DNA from: Octopus vulgaris
Lineage: Eukaryota
Direction: 5' to 3'
NCBI GenBank assembly: GCA_951406725.2
Contig: OX597822.1
Coordinates: forward strand, 86,986,001-87,050,000
DNA length: 64,000 nt
Both the position numbers and the translations under genes were made by a program. Below are positions 40,794 to 54,109 of this stretch, piece after piece. Position 1 is the stretch's first letter, and the number at the start of each line of letters is the position of its first letter. The notes beneath the pieces were generated by a model. That model was not told where the DNA came from and searched no databases. It was given only the letters and a program-made list of their open reading frames with translations.

Positions 40794-42799
40794 TATATAT
40801 ATTTATACATATGTGTGTTTATATGTTTGTGTATGTGTGTATATATACATATATATATACATATACACACATTTATTTATACACATTCATGTATTCAGAT
40901 TTTATTCATTTGACATTTAATTTCTTTAATGTATATACGTGTGTGTTTGTATGCATATACATACATCATCATTATATATATATATATATATATACATATA
41001 TACATATTAGAGGGAAACCACTATGTGGACACCCTTATGCTATATATATATATAAATGAGTAACAAAGATGTATAAGTGTTAATTCTTTATGGTTGTTTC
41101 AAGTGACTCCTTTAATTGATCAATGGAAGCATTACATCATTACAAAGGAAACCGTTCTCATCAGATGACCCCTTAGACTTCAAGCATAAAGGACAAGTTA
41201 GATATTTAAACATTTTCATATCATCAATAGAGAGCAAATATTTACAATGATTTCACAGCTAAATTTTTTGGCAGAATGAAAAAAAAGGACAGTACAGTGA
41301 CAAACAAGCCAGAAATTAGCATAGGCTAGAGTGGTGGGGAGGGGTGAAGGAGAGAGTAGGGGACCCCCCCCCATTATGTTCACATGGAAGACAGTAGGGA
41401 GAATGTAATCTTCATAATATTTAAAATTAGATCTTTAGGGAGTTATAAATTAATTAGTATCATGATAGCCATTCTACTAAGAAAATGGAACTTTACCTCT
41501 GCCTGTATCTACACCAAAGGGTAGGTCATAGGGTGTCTGATGGGGGAGTGGTGATAAGAGAATAAAAAGCGGGGATGGGGTGGCTAATAAAGCTTATTTG
41601 AATTGTCATCTTAAAGGGGAAGAGAAAGTGTTAAAAACTGTTAAAAGGATTCTGACTGGAATATAAATTGAAGGAGTATGTTTTAACCTTAGTTTACCTT
41701 ATATCATTGAAGCAAAATGTAGATATATAGATATATAAAGGCTAGAAAGAAGTTTCAGATATAACTAAATGTAATATGATAATATAAGGTTGCATCATAT
41801 AACGGATTTTATGAAAATAATTAAAAATTGTAAATTACCACCAAATTTTTATACTATAAAAACTTCAAAAATATAAGGAAATAAAAAATAAAAATAAAAA
41901 TATAACCAGATATAAAATATAAACAATGATGATGATGATGATGAATATAAGAAAGTGTAAAAAAAAATAAAGGATATACATACATCATCATCATCATCAT
42001 CATCTGGCTGGCATGCTGGAAGGCTGCACCAGACTCCGGTCTGATTTGTTGTGGTTTTCTATGTCTGGATGCCCTTCCTAACACCAACCACTCTGCAGAG
42101 TGTAATGGGTACTTTTATGTGCCACTGGCATGGGTGCCAATTTATGAAAATATAAAACATGAAATATTTAATATATATATAAAAATATGTGCAAAAAATA
42201 TAGTAATTTTATAATTTTAGGTTCCCAGTACGCAATGGGATATATGAAAAAAAAATTTTAAACTGTCAAAGTATTAATAAAACATACAAAAAATTATGAA
42301 AAATACATAGAGTATATAAACTCTTAATATATAAGAATTATAAATTATACAAGGGAATATAAGAAAATATCTGAGAGAAGAATTATACTAAAAGCTATAA
42401 TAAAAAATTATAAAAAAACATTATACTAAAAAAAATTCTTTTTTAAAAAATTTTATAAATGTAAGTCAATAAAAGATGCCATGCAAGGATATATAAAAAG
42501 AAAATAAGGTAATATAAAATGAAAATAACGAAAATATTATAATGGAATTGTGATACGAATAGTTATAATCAGAATATTAATTAATTATTAATACTAGATT
42601 GGAAAAGGTGTAAGTATACTGGATTATAATAGAGATAAAATAGAATTAAAAATATCATTAGAAATAGGTTAAGCAAATATATTTAAAATACAATGAAGAT
42701 CAAGGAATGAAGTATGGCAGTAAGGGATCATAAAGGGTGTATTTTATAATTAGGGGAGATTTGAAAATTAAGGACTCGTTAGGAAAAAATTGTATATTT

Positions 42800-43065
42800 A
42801 TAACAATTGCAGTGTGGAAGGTGTTTCTAAACCATTTAAGAAACACACAAAAATCGTTAGATTCACTTCAACATTTAAATTTAATTTGCCAAAATATTTT
42901 CGTCACTTTGAGACCGTGACCTGTTCACTGACAAAATTCTGTGCACCATGGAATTTTTTTGTGTGTTTCTTAAATGGTTTATAAACACCTTCCACGCTGC
43001 AATTGTTATCGTTCCAGCACACGATCTCAGATCAGGTCACTTGCTATGCAAGTACATCTCCAGTA
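42800..43065. mobile_element. Probable MITE with long inverted repeats, left end truncated
   Basis: Arms of about 54 bp at 42800-42853 and 42956-43009, with 2 mismatches. Confidence 0.65.
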
Positions 43066-43615
43066 TATTTATATTAACTGTGATAGAATAGATTCACCAC
43101 AAGGATTGGGTAGGTTTATATTATGATTATTAAGATTTAATAAATCAAAGAGGTTAAAGAAAAAATCATTTTTTTAATCACCAAGAAAAATTATGAAATA
43201 CTAAATAATTATCAACTCCTAAAGTATTTAAAGGTAATCTTATGAACACATGACAATCTAAGATCTATTATTAATTAAGATCTATTATTAATTTCATATT
43301 TGGAGTTTGATACTCACCTAATATTGTTTGAGTGTGCAAATAAGTTTATCCTAACAAGATGCCTCAATTTAAGTACCTAATTTAACTGAATCTAAATTAC
43401 ATTTTATAGTCCACTCTGCTGAGTGGTTGGTGTTAGGAAGGGCATCCAGCTGTAAAAAATCCTGCCAAAACAGAAGTCTGGTGCAGGCTTCAGCCTGGCC
43501 GGCTCTTCTGGTACCATCCCTCCTATGCTAGCATGGAACACGGACAGTAAATGATGATGATGATAATGATACACACACACACACACACACACACATGTAT
43601 AAGCACCCATATGTA

Positions 43616-44893
43616 TCAGGTCATCCCATAAGTTCTGTCCAATTTTACTTTTTTAAAATTGAATGAAATTTAATAGTATTTTAGGATGTCTAATGGAATT
43701 AAAAATTATTTTTATGCATTTGTGTACAATTAAACTAATTAAATATTATTTTACAGAATAATAGAATTAAAATTTCTTTGATTAAAACCCTTTCTAACAT
43801 GGAAGTATCCAAAGAGCATTTAAGGCACATAATGCTTTATGAGTACAAAAAAGGAAACTCTGTAGCCAAAGCGACTCTAAACATACACTCAGTTTATGGG
43901 AAAGAATGTTTGAATGCAAAGAACTTGCAGAAGATGGTTTGCAAAATTCAGAAGTGGAGATTTCAGCCTTGAAGATGAAGATCGAACAGGATACCCAGTT
44001 GAGTTTGATGATAAGCTCCTTGAGGCATTACTTGAAGAAAATCCTGCATTATCAGTTGAAGAATTGGCAATAAAGCTTAGTTCAAACCATACAACTGTTC
44101 ATCATCATCTTCAACAACTTGGAAAGGTTCCTAAACTTGGAAAATGGGTGCCTCATGAATTGTCCGAAAGCAACCACAAATCCTGAGTTGACATCTGCTC
44201 TTCTCTCCATTCTCATGAACTCATCTCACCCTTTTTGGATAGACTTGTGACTGGTGATGAAAAATGGATCTTCTATCGAAATGTTAAATGCCATAAACAG
44301 TGGCTTGGTAAAAGGGAAAAAGCTCAACCACAACCGAGAAAGGAACTTCATGGGGAAAAGGTTCTTCTCTCTATCTGGTGGGATTGCAAAGGAGTAATTC
44401 ACTTTCAGTTGTTACCACTTAATGCAACAATCAATGCTCAAGTCTACTGTCAGCAATTAGAGCGTTTGAACCGAGCTCTGAAGAACAAAAGACCCGCTTT
44501 AGTGAATCAAAAAGGAGTGATGTTTCATCAGGACAATGCACAGCAAAGATCACATTACAGGAAATTGAAGAGCTTGGTTGGGAAAAAATTCCTCATCTAC
44601 CTTATTCTTCCGACCTTGCTCTTTCAGACGAGCATTTGTTTCATAGTTTACAGAATCATTTGGGGGCATAACTTTCGCAAGCCAGGAGGAGGTCGAAACT
44701 GACATTTCAGATTTTGTTCGCTTTGAAACCAAAAGAGTTTTACATTGATGGGATTAAAAAGTTTGTAACTAGATGGAAGGAAGTCATAGATAATCAGGGA
44801 ATGTACATTGATAATTAAATTTCAATTAAATATAGCATTTAATCACTTTTATCTTTTACTCAAAATTCGGACAGAACTTATGGGATGACCTGA
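43616..44893 (+). mobile_element. Full-length mariner element (1278 bp)
   Basis: TIRs tcaggtcatcccataagttctgtcc / ggacagaacttatgggatgacctga, TA on both flanks, transposase inside. Confidence 0.97.
43799..44818 (+). pseudogene. Mariner D,D34D-type transposase, disrupted
   Basis: MEVSKEHLRHIMLYEY, WFAKFRSGDFSLED, WVPHEL, VTGDEKW, FHQDNA and YSSDLALSD (a YSPDLAPSD variant). Frameshifts near 43915 and 44540; stop at 44184-44186. Confidence 0.93.
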
Positions 44894-44896
44894 TAA

Positions 44897-44950
<54 letters not shown>

Positions 44951-45023
44951 TACACACGTCTGTGAACACATCAGGCCCAGTCAAATCTGGCACAACGCCA
45001 ACCACTTTGCGTGCCACACAGAC

Positions 45024-45058
<35 letters not shown>

Positions 45059-45875
45059 TTTGCCACACATACACACACATGTATCATATACACACACACA
45101 CACACACACATTTGCCACACATACACACACATGTATAATTTACATAAAGATTTATATGGTGGCAAATCATAAAGTTTGTCTTCTTATACATCAATTAATA
45201 AAATCACATGTATAAATCTAATAAGTTACATGCAGAAAAGACACCCCTACAATTTCAGATATTAAGAAAAATGCTTCATAAGCTCAAAAGTAAAGGAGTT
45301 AAATATTTGAAACTTTAAAAATTCAATGCTAAGTCGATGTTTTTGTCAGTGAATAAACTCAGTTTTGTATTGTGATATTACAGCTTCCAGTACCAAAATA
45401 ATTCCATGGACTACCCTACTGTGTCAAAACCCCAATATTTTCATTAATCTTTGACATATCCTGGGCTTAAGTTATATTTTCTCTCAACAATGGTTGAGGT
45501 GAAAACTGAACAAAAAAATTCTTTCAACCCCTCCCTGCCCCAGGAGGATTTGGATCCTTTTTTTTTTTTTATGGTGCTGCCATTGTTTATAACACATCAC
45601 TTGTTTCAAAGAACCAATGTGACAATCTCTATAGAATCACTGAACCTGCTAGAAGTAACAGCCTAATTTCTTCAGACTGCACTCTTGTGTCTTTGGACAC
45701 ACAAAAACAGGAAATTCAATGAGTTTTCATGATTTAAGTGATTGATGATAAGTTTGGTCAGTCATGTCTCTGCTGGAATTAAACACCTGCAACAACAAAA
45801 CTATTCCACTGCTGGACTGGATTCTTGAGAAAAAGCATGGCCCTTCAAGTGGCAGGTTACTTTCTGTCAAACTTT

Positions 45876-46091
45876 AAGGTGGCGAGCTGGTAGAATCATT
45901 AGCGTAGCCGTATTTCGTCTGCTGTTATGTTCTGAGTTCAAATTCCGCCGAGGTCGACTTTGCCTTTCATCCTTTCGAGGTCGATAAATTAAGTACCAGT
46001 TATGCACTGGGGTCGATGTAATCAACTTGATACCTATGTCTGTCCTTGTTTGTCCCCTCTATGTTTAGCCCCTTGTGGGTAATAAAGAAAT
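45876..46091 (+). mobile_element. tRNA-derived SINE family B, young
   Basis: ggcgagctggtagaatc...gagttcaaattc...gactttgcctttcatcctttcgaggtcgataaattaagtaccag. A perfect 22-bp TSD aggttactttctgtcaaacttt lies at 45854-45875 and 46092-46113. Confidence 0.93.
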
Positions 46092-46215
46092 AGGTTACTT
46101 TCTGTCAAACTTTCCTATGCTTTATTGAGTCAGCCATTTGTGGTTTACATTTTCTTTCAGCTGCCATATTTTTCACACCTGTATTATTTGATTGTTCCAA
46201 ACTATATTAATGTTT

Positions 46216-46378
46216 GGAGTGGCTGTGTGGTAAGTAGCTTGCTTACCAACCACATGGGCTCCAGGTTCAGTCCCACTTTGTGGCATCTTGGGCAAGTGTC
46301 TTCTACTCTAGCTTTGGGCTAGCCAAAGCCTTGTGAGTGGATTTGATAGACAGAAACTGTGAAGAAGTCCATTATATG

Positions 46379-46430
<52 letters not shown>

Positions 46431-46510
46431 CACACACATATATGTGTGTGTATTTGTGTGTCTGTGTTTGTCCCTCATCATCGCTTGACAACTGATGTTA
46501 GTGTGTTTAA
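46216..46510 (+). mobile_element. SINE family A, 3'-truncated
   Basis: Head and internal microsatellite match the 27342 copy. Confidence 0.85.
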
Positions 46511-47798
46511 AAAAAATTTTGTCAGTAATATCAATGTTATGAAATTGTGGACTTGTCATTTAGTCCCAAGTTATCTTTTATTGAGCCAATCTATGATCAA
46601 AGGCGTTCCAGTTGTGACCACCCTATCTCACGCCATCTTATGTCTTTACTTTTTTTACAATAAGCTGTGATACAAAAGAGATTTGGCTGCTATTTCAAAC
46701 AAGCTGAGTGCCTGCATAAAGGTTTCCATGTTTGACTTGTGTATGTGTGTGTGTGTGTGTGTGTGTTTTCTTAGTAACAGGATAAAGCAATGAACAAAAG
46801 AAAGTAAAATGGCTGCTGCAATGGAGTGAAAGTGAGAATCAGAGAGATTTCGATGACTGGAGGTGAGGGGAGGGGCTGGGGCTGGTGAGGTGAAAGAAAT
46901 AGGGGGCAGTTGCATTTTGTAATTACTGAAGCTTTTCATTGCAGTAGTAAAAATGGTCAGAGATTTATGGAATGAATGAGACATGAGAGAAAACAAAACA
47001 AACCAAAAAAAAAAAAACAACCAAAACCCGTATAATGGGTGGGTGGAATTAGTGTCTATCATTTTTTAAGGTCAGTGATGTCATAACACCATTTTGATAT
47101 TGTTGATATTGATAAAACCACAATAAATATATAATAATTGACACTCTGTTGTCAATTGAAATATATATTAGTTTCATATCTCTCGTAATATTACGGGCAG
47201 AAGAAAGTTCTACATCTTCCTCCTCCTCTTTAGGCCAACAATGGAATCATTTACTCAACTATTTCTTTAATTACACTTATCCACTGACAAAAACAGAGAG
47301 TGATAATAAATTTTATCAGATACAAAATAGGCTAAACAAGTGGATCCCCTCAATGGTTTATTGATAACTTTGGGTCTTTAAATTATTTATAAAACCCAGC
47401 TGCTCCTAGCTCAAGAAATTGTAAATTTGACCAATCTCAATATTTAATGGAAATTTTCTCTTCAGGTTCTCTTGTTTTATGAAATGATTTTAGCTCTTAG
47501 TTTTGATATTCCCTCGAGAATCATCTTCAGTGGATAACACACCGTTTATATTTTTGATTAAAGTTCTGTTCTATATTGCAATCAGGAAATTGATGCTGAT
47601 TATGGTGCCACTTAAATAGAAATGTCAGAGATTCATATGATCTTTTCTTTACAGGCTTCACTTCTCCCATCACCACAATGTTTTGGGACCTCAGAGAATG
47701 AAACACAAATTGTTGTAACATTTCAACCTCATAATTGTCATATATGTCACCTTGTTTGAAGATATCCTAAGACATGGTTGACCTTTTGTCTTTTCCAG

Positions 47799-47925
47799 CT
47801 ATTGTCTCACCAAACAGCTGGTATCAAGGCTGTTATAGTGTAAAGGAGATCTCATCAAGTCTATCAGAATGGCTCTCAGGCAATTGGAATCTATTAGACT
47901 GCACTCAAAAATGTTTCCTGCAGGG
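47799..47925 (+). CDS. Coding exon, first half of a WSC domain
   Basis: Acceptor ttttgtcttttccag, donor gtaagt. The only open frame (phase 1 to 2) is IVSPNSWYQGCYSVKEISSSLSEWLSGNWNLLDCTQKCFLQG, fitting WSC YxGCY...CxxxC...G. Confidence 0.88.
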
Positions 47926-48049
47926 GTAAGTTTAGAACTTTTTTTTTTTTTATCTCTGATTTAATAGTAATAACAGAGATTTTACAAGAAATACAGCATA
48001 TATTTTAGAATGCTAACAATATGAAAATTCTAACAATATTAAAACACTA

Positions 48050-48270
48050 ACAAGGTGGTGAGTTGACAGAATTGTTACCATGCTGGGCAAAATGCTTAGC
48101 AGTGTTTCATCTGTGTTTATGATCTGAGTTCAAATACCACTGTGGTCGACTTTACCTTTCATCCCTTTGGGGTTGATAAAATAAGTACCATTTCAGTACC
48201 GGGGTCGATGTTATTGATTTACCCTCCCTTGAACTTGTTGGCCTTGTGCCAAAATTTTAATCTAATATTA
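48050..48270 (+). mobile_element. SINE family B
   Basis: Colinear with the 45876 copy. Further copies at about 48775-48980, 49720-49930, 50045-50160 plus 50521-50630, 50640-50830, 53040-53250 and 58878-59095. Confidence 0.85.
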
Positions 48271-48994
48271 AAATACTTACAATATTAAAATACTAAAATT
48301 ACAAATACTGACAATAAAATACTAATAATATTAAAATACTAACAACATTATGAATGTAAAAATAATGACCTCTTTGATGATAAATAAATTCATTTTTTCG
48401 AAATAGGAGATGCCACACAGTTTTTGATTTCAATAGCAAATCTTTCTATATTCTGAGCTTGTCCAATTCCTTTGCTACAGTATTATGATCACAAGAGATA
48501 CTCATGTCAATCAATAAATAGACAAATCTTTTGCAACAATAACCAGTTTATTAGCTATGATAGTTCTGTCTGTAAGTACTGGAAAATCCCAAAGAATCAT
48601 TACATTTCCTCCCTCAGTTACAGCTTCAGGGTGATGCTTGTACTACCTGTTAACAGTTACTTGATTTTGAAATGCCAACATATTTATCAGTATTGGTGAA
48701 CTCTGTCCTGTCTTGATTTATACTTTACTGGTGCTAAAACTTTACATCCATTCCCCCCTCCTGCTGCTGCTGCAATGAGTTGGCAGAATTGTTAGCACAC
48801 CAGACAAAATGCTCAGTAGCATTTCATCTACCTTTACATTGAGTTCAAATTTTGCCAAGGTCGACTTTGCCATTCATCCTTTTGGGCTCAATAAAATAAG
48901 TACCAGTTAAGCACTGCGGTCGTAGTCCCCTTCTCCCAAATTTAAGGCCCTGTGCCTATAGTAGAAAGGATTATTATAATTGAACTGTTGAGGA

Positions 48995-49690
48995 ACAAAC
49001 AGATCATTTCTCACATCAAGCAGACCAATTTGCACAGCTTACTTACAGCTTGTTTGCCAACATGCTTCCACACATTTATGGGAATACTGTCTTGTCCAAG
49101 TGCTTTACCATGGAAAAAGCTTTCTGATAGAAGTACTTATCTCTTCCTAGGAAGGATTTTCTGCTTGTTCTTCAATTATAGGCCACTGAAGGATTTCATT
49201 GATATCTTCAGGATTAGCAGTGGATTCTTGATTTAATACAAATTGAAAGTGTTTTGCCCATCTTTCCAGAATTTCATCTTTGCTACTTAAGAGTTTTGTT
49301 CCATCGTTAGAGAGAATAGGTTCTGTGCCGCTCTTTCTTGGACCAAATACACCCTTCACATTGTCGTACAGTGCCAGATCGACCTGCATGGCATAAAATG
49401 TGTCACGATGCTTCGAGACAGTCTGAGTTGAAGAAAAAGTATAATAAAAGAACTATATCCTGCAACCAACAGACACACTTGCCTAATCCCAGGCAAAATC
49501 AAAATCATCAATGTCTCCATTGTGACTTCATAGCAAAATCCATTCCTGGACTCAAATTACATTCCTGAATCCATCACAAACAGATGCAGCTTCTTAGTGA
49601 CTTTTGCTTTCTTACTATCTTTAAATCCTCTCCTTTAAACATTCATACATCAAAACCAGCAGGAGCAATCATCATCATCATAACCATCAT
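48995..49690. mobile_element. RTE/BovB-like LINE with an inverted internal segment
   Basis: Minus 48995-49375 encodes PILSNDGTKLLSSKDEILERWAKHF...GKALGQDSIP. Plus 49375-49580 encodes DRPAWHKMC...CLHCDFIAKSIPGLKLHS*IH (C-terminal C2H2 finger), followed by an (ATC)n tail. Confidence 0.8.
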
Positions 49691-49924
49691 TATTGTTATT
49701 ATTATTATTAGAGCAAATTAATGCAATGAGCTGGCAGAATCCTCAACACACTGGACAAAATGCTTTCTTTCAGCTCTACAATCTGAGTTCAAATTCTGCT
49801 GAGGTTGTCTTTGCCTTTCATCCTTTTAAGGTTGATAAGATACAGAACCAGTTGAGCATTGAGGTTGATGTAATTAACTGGCCCCTCCCCCAAAATATCA
49901 GGACTAGTTCCTATAGTAGAAAGG

Positions 49925-49955
49925 ATTATTATTATTATTGTTGTTGTTATTATTA

Positions 49956-50014
<59 letters not shown>

Positions 50015-50043
50015 GTTGTTGTTGTTGTTATTGTTATTATTAC
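49925..50043. repeat. (TTA)n/(TTG)n microsatellite
   Basis: Directly visible; it is the tail of a family B SINE. Confidence 0.97.
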
Positions 50044-50164
50044 TAGGTAGTGAACGGGCAGAATCGTTAGCATGCTGGGCAAAATGCTTTGTGACATTTC
50101 ATTCATTTTTAAATTCTGAGTTCTTATTCCGCCAAGGTTGACTTTGCCTTTCATCCTTAAAGGG

Positions 50165-50520
50165 TAAAATAGTACAGATCCACTTTGGTCATGAATGACT
50201 ATGGGATTGCACCTAGACAGTTACCCCCCCCCCGCCCCAAGACACAAGTGTGGGCATGATTGTTTATGGAAGGCCAGCAGTCACCCATGCAAACTGGCCT
50301 CCCCTCTCTGTGCCACCGATGTTATCCAAGGGAAAGGCAAAGGGGTCAATACCGCTTGGCACCAGTGACATTGCAAATCATTTCTACTGCTGAGTGAACT
50401 GGAGCAATGTGAAATAAAGTGCCTTGCTCAAGAACACAACATGTAGCCCGGTCTGGGAATCAAACTTGTAAGCTCATGATTGTAAGACTGACGCTCTAAC
50501 CACTGTGCTATGTGGCTTAC
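50165..50520 (-). mobile_element. SINE family C nested in a family B SINE
   Basis: Matches 4590-4890. The host SINE breaks after gcctttcatcctt and resumes at gtcaataaaccaagtaccag. Confidence 0.85.
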
Positions 50521-50868
50521 GGAAGTCAATAAACCAAGTACCAGTTGAGTACTGGGGTTGATGTAATCAACTAGTCCCTTACCCTGAATTTGCTGGCCTT
50601 GTGCCAAAAACTTGAAATCATTATTATTATTTTCATTAAGGTAATGAGCTGGCAGAATTGTTAGTGCACCAGGCAAAATGCTGAAAGGTATTTCGTCCAT
50701 CTTTATGTTCTGAGTTCAATTTCTGCCGAGGTTGACTTTGCCTTTCATCTTTTTGGGTTTGATAAATTAAATACCAGTGAAACACAGGGGACAACATGAT
50801 CAACTAGGCCTTGTGCCTTCAGTAGAAATAATAATAATAATAATAATTATTATTATTATTATTATTAT

Positions 50869-52896
50869 TGAGTGAGAGAGAGAGCAGTGCATGCCATCCC
50901 ATCAAAGTGACACTGGGGTAAAAATATAAGAAGCCCAGTATACCCACCATGACTATCCATCTGATAAGGGTACACCAGGTGCATGCATCTCAACCATATG
51001 TGCATGACATCGTGATCTGATATCAAGATAAACAGTGCATGACCTTGTGGCTGGGCCCAGTTAGAATTTTCTTCAGGTTGAGTAGCCCATCTCACACAAA
51101 AGTTCCCTGAATAAGGGTTGTTTTAGGATGTTGAACAAAATACCCATGTTTCCAAAGATGAATTCCTTTCAACACACAACTATGATGATCCCCCCACTAC
51201 TTCTGCTCATGATCAGAGTTGTACATATTGTCAGCCACTTAGAGACATGCCCAACTGGTTAAGGTCAAACAACTGACAAGCAAATCTGTGGTATTAAGCA
51301 GAATATTTGCTGTAGCCCATCTTTTATACTAAGACAAAACTATGTACATGATAACACTTCCAATCAGTTAAGATCAAAAGTTGACTCCAAGTCTCACCCA
51401 GAGACTTCAAGAGACAACAAGTTAGAAGTTCAAGTTGGTATTATGACTAGGGTGCTATTTTTTTGGTTTTGCACAGAGTATTATTCTAGAGAATGTCTGT
51501 CAAAACATAAGTCAGTTAAAAGTTTGTTTGAAAAGCAATTTGATTATAAAGTGATAATCTGAAGTTGAGATAACAATAAAAAGTATTTGCTGTTATGTAC
51601 ATTTAAAAATATTTTAACACTTTACAGATTAAAATGTTTTGGGGATTACATCAATGATATTTTGCATAGGATACGAGCAGTTTCCATGAGCACTATTTTT
51701 TGAATTTCTTCCATTTTTGGATTTCCTGGTATTTGCTATCATTCCTAGGGCACCTATGACAATAAGTATTGTTTTAGTCTGGAGGTTCCACATTTTGTCA
51801 ATTTCTATTTCAAGATCTTTATCCTTGCTCAGTTTTTGGTAAGTCTTGACAGATACATTTATGTTGATTGGGACAGTCATATTGATGAGGAGGCATGATT
51901 TTTATCTGAAATCCTTCAATATAACGTCTCGCATATTTGCATCTATCTTTCTGTCAGTTTGAACGGTGAAGTTCCAAAGGAGTGAGATGTGACCATTTTC
52001 AAGCACTGGCAGTGGTTTGTGTTCCCACTGGTTTTTATCATGGTCCAAGTCATTGCAAATTACCCAGTGAATATACTGTGCTTCTCTATCATGCCTGCTA
52101 AGATACTTTGTAGGTGCAAGAAGACTGCATATGGAAACAACATGATTGATGGTTTCATTTTGTTGTTTACATATACAACATGTTGGTCTGCTGCCGTTCT
52201 TTAATATATTGGCCTGGTAGTTCCTTGTAGATAGGCATTGATCTTGGGCTGCTATGATAAACCCTTCTGTTTTTGATTTTAAGCCATTGATGGGTAAGGG
52301 CTTTGTCAATATCAGCATTATTAGCTTTCTTAGGGTATTTGCCATTTAGAGGCATTTCTTGCCATTTATCAGTAAGAATATCTAAGGCAGCAGTTTTAGC
52401 AAGGGCTTTCATATGTTTAGCTTTTTCTATGCTTGTTCTAGTACATCTAATTCTGGGATTTGTGTATTTGGAATTCACTTAGATATTTCTTTTCCTGTTT
52501 TTTTACTGAGTGTGCTGTTTTCTTGTTTTCATGTTTAAAAACAAGTTTTAGCATCCAGTCATTCAGGGTTTTTCAGGTAAGTGCTTCGGTCAATTGTGGC
52601 AGTCTTCATTGTTAATTCCAGTTGTAAAAGTCCAAAACCACCCTCTTTTCTTGGTCGGTAAAGTAGTTCTGTATCTGCCTTAGAGAGGTGCATTCCATTC
52701 ATTTCCCACAATTTTCGTATTTTTCTGTCAAGATTACAGATTTCAGTAATTGACCAGTTAATAAAATTGAAACTGTAAATCACTTTCAAATATCCATCAC
52801 TTTCAAATTCCCTTAGGTATTTGTAGCTCTTTGTTGGGTTCTAACTCCCTTATGACATTCTATTGATCAAGATTAACGTTGGATGTTTCTATCATT
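50869..52896 (-). mobile_element. R4/Dong-like non-LTR retrotransposon (restriction-like endonuclease type), 5'-truncated
   Basis: KTEGFIIAAQDQ, zinc knuckle CCICKQQNETINHVVSIC, RHD, decayed PD..D region (DRKIDANMRDVIL) and IVIGALG. Long 3' UTR; (TAA)n on both sides. Confidence 0.88.
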
Positions 52897-52908
52897 TTAT
52901 TATTATTA

Positions 52909-52996
<88 letters not shown>

Positions 52997-53037
52997 TACT
53001 ACTACTACTACTACTATTGTTATTATTATTATTATTA
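52897..53037. repeat. (TTA)n/(CTA)n microsatellite
   Basis: Directly visible. Confidence 0.97.
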
Positions 53038-54109
53038 AAGCAGTGAGCTGGCAGAAGCATTAGTATCCCAGTTAAAATGATTAGAACCATTTCTTCTGAA
53101 TTCAAATGTTGCTGAGGTCAACTTTACTTTCCGTCCCTCTTAGGGATTGACAAAATAAGTACCAGTTGAACACTGGGTCAAAGCAATTGACTAGTCCCTC
53201 CCCCAAAATTTCAGGCCTTGTGCCTTATTGTAGAAGAAATATAATTATCATTATTTTAACCAAAATTGCTGTTTGTGTTCACTGCTGTTTTAGTGTTGTC
53301 ATTCCAACAATTTTGGTTACTTTACCGTGTTATTCTCCTACATTTTACTGTGGCATAGCTTTTATTATTTTGGTTAGTATCAGGTACCTTATGACAAGAT
53401 AGTTTAGGTATCCATGAGGTTGGTATGGAGCTTTATCATCTTGTTTTTGAAGATTTTTTGGTAATGTCAGGTTTGGTGATACCAATGCAGGAATGATCCT
53501 CTTATTCTATTTCTTATGCCTCGATGGTAAACAACCTCTGGGTTCAGCATTTAGTCACTCACAGATGGATGCTGGTAATGTCTCTGTCAGGTTTATTAAT
53601 CGATTGTGGATATTTACTTCAAGTGATTTACCCATTCATGCTATTATTTTGACATAATAATTTTCATATCTTTTTTTTTTATTATTAAATTCCTCTGTCC
53701 TTTGTTGGTTCATTCTGTGCTGCAGTACTTTCCCCAGCATTAGCTCAATTCAGAAGTTTGATATTTCTTTGTAAAGAATAACCACTTTTTTTTATTTTCC
53801 CATGATTATATACAATATGCATCGGCCTTTTGCTTTCTGGGAAATATTCTTGCAGCTGAGTTGTGGTTTTGTCATTGGAGTCCTACCTGTTTGATTTAAT
53901 AATTCCATGTGTAAAGCCAGTTGGCATCTTTGGCTAGTCTTCTCTGTATACCACAGTGTCCTGGTATTGGTGTCCACTCTCAGCATCTCCCTCATATTTC
54001 AGTTCATGATGTGACAGCAACAACATCAACAACTACATTGCTATTGCCTTGTGATTTAGTGCTTCTCCTTTTACCTATTTATTTCATTCTTAGCACTGAT
54101 GTCACATGT

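Noticed and set aside
47654-47745. Acceptor followed by ASLLPSPQCFGTSENETQIVVTFQPHNC just upstream of the WSC exon
   Set aside because: No adequate donor site in the required phase.
48481-48571. Exon-like segment with cag| and |gtaagt
   Set aside because: Its open frame is out of phase with the 47925 donor, and the 61450 exon gives the proper WSC continuation.
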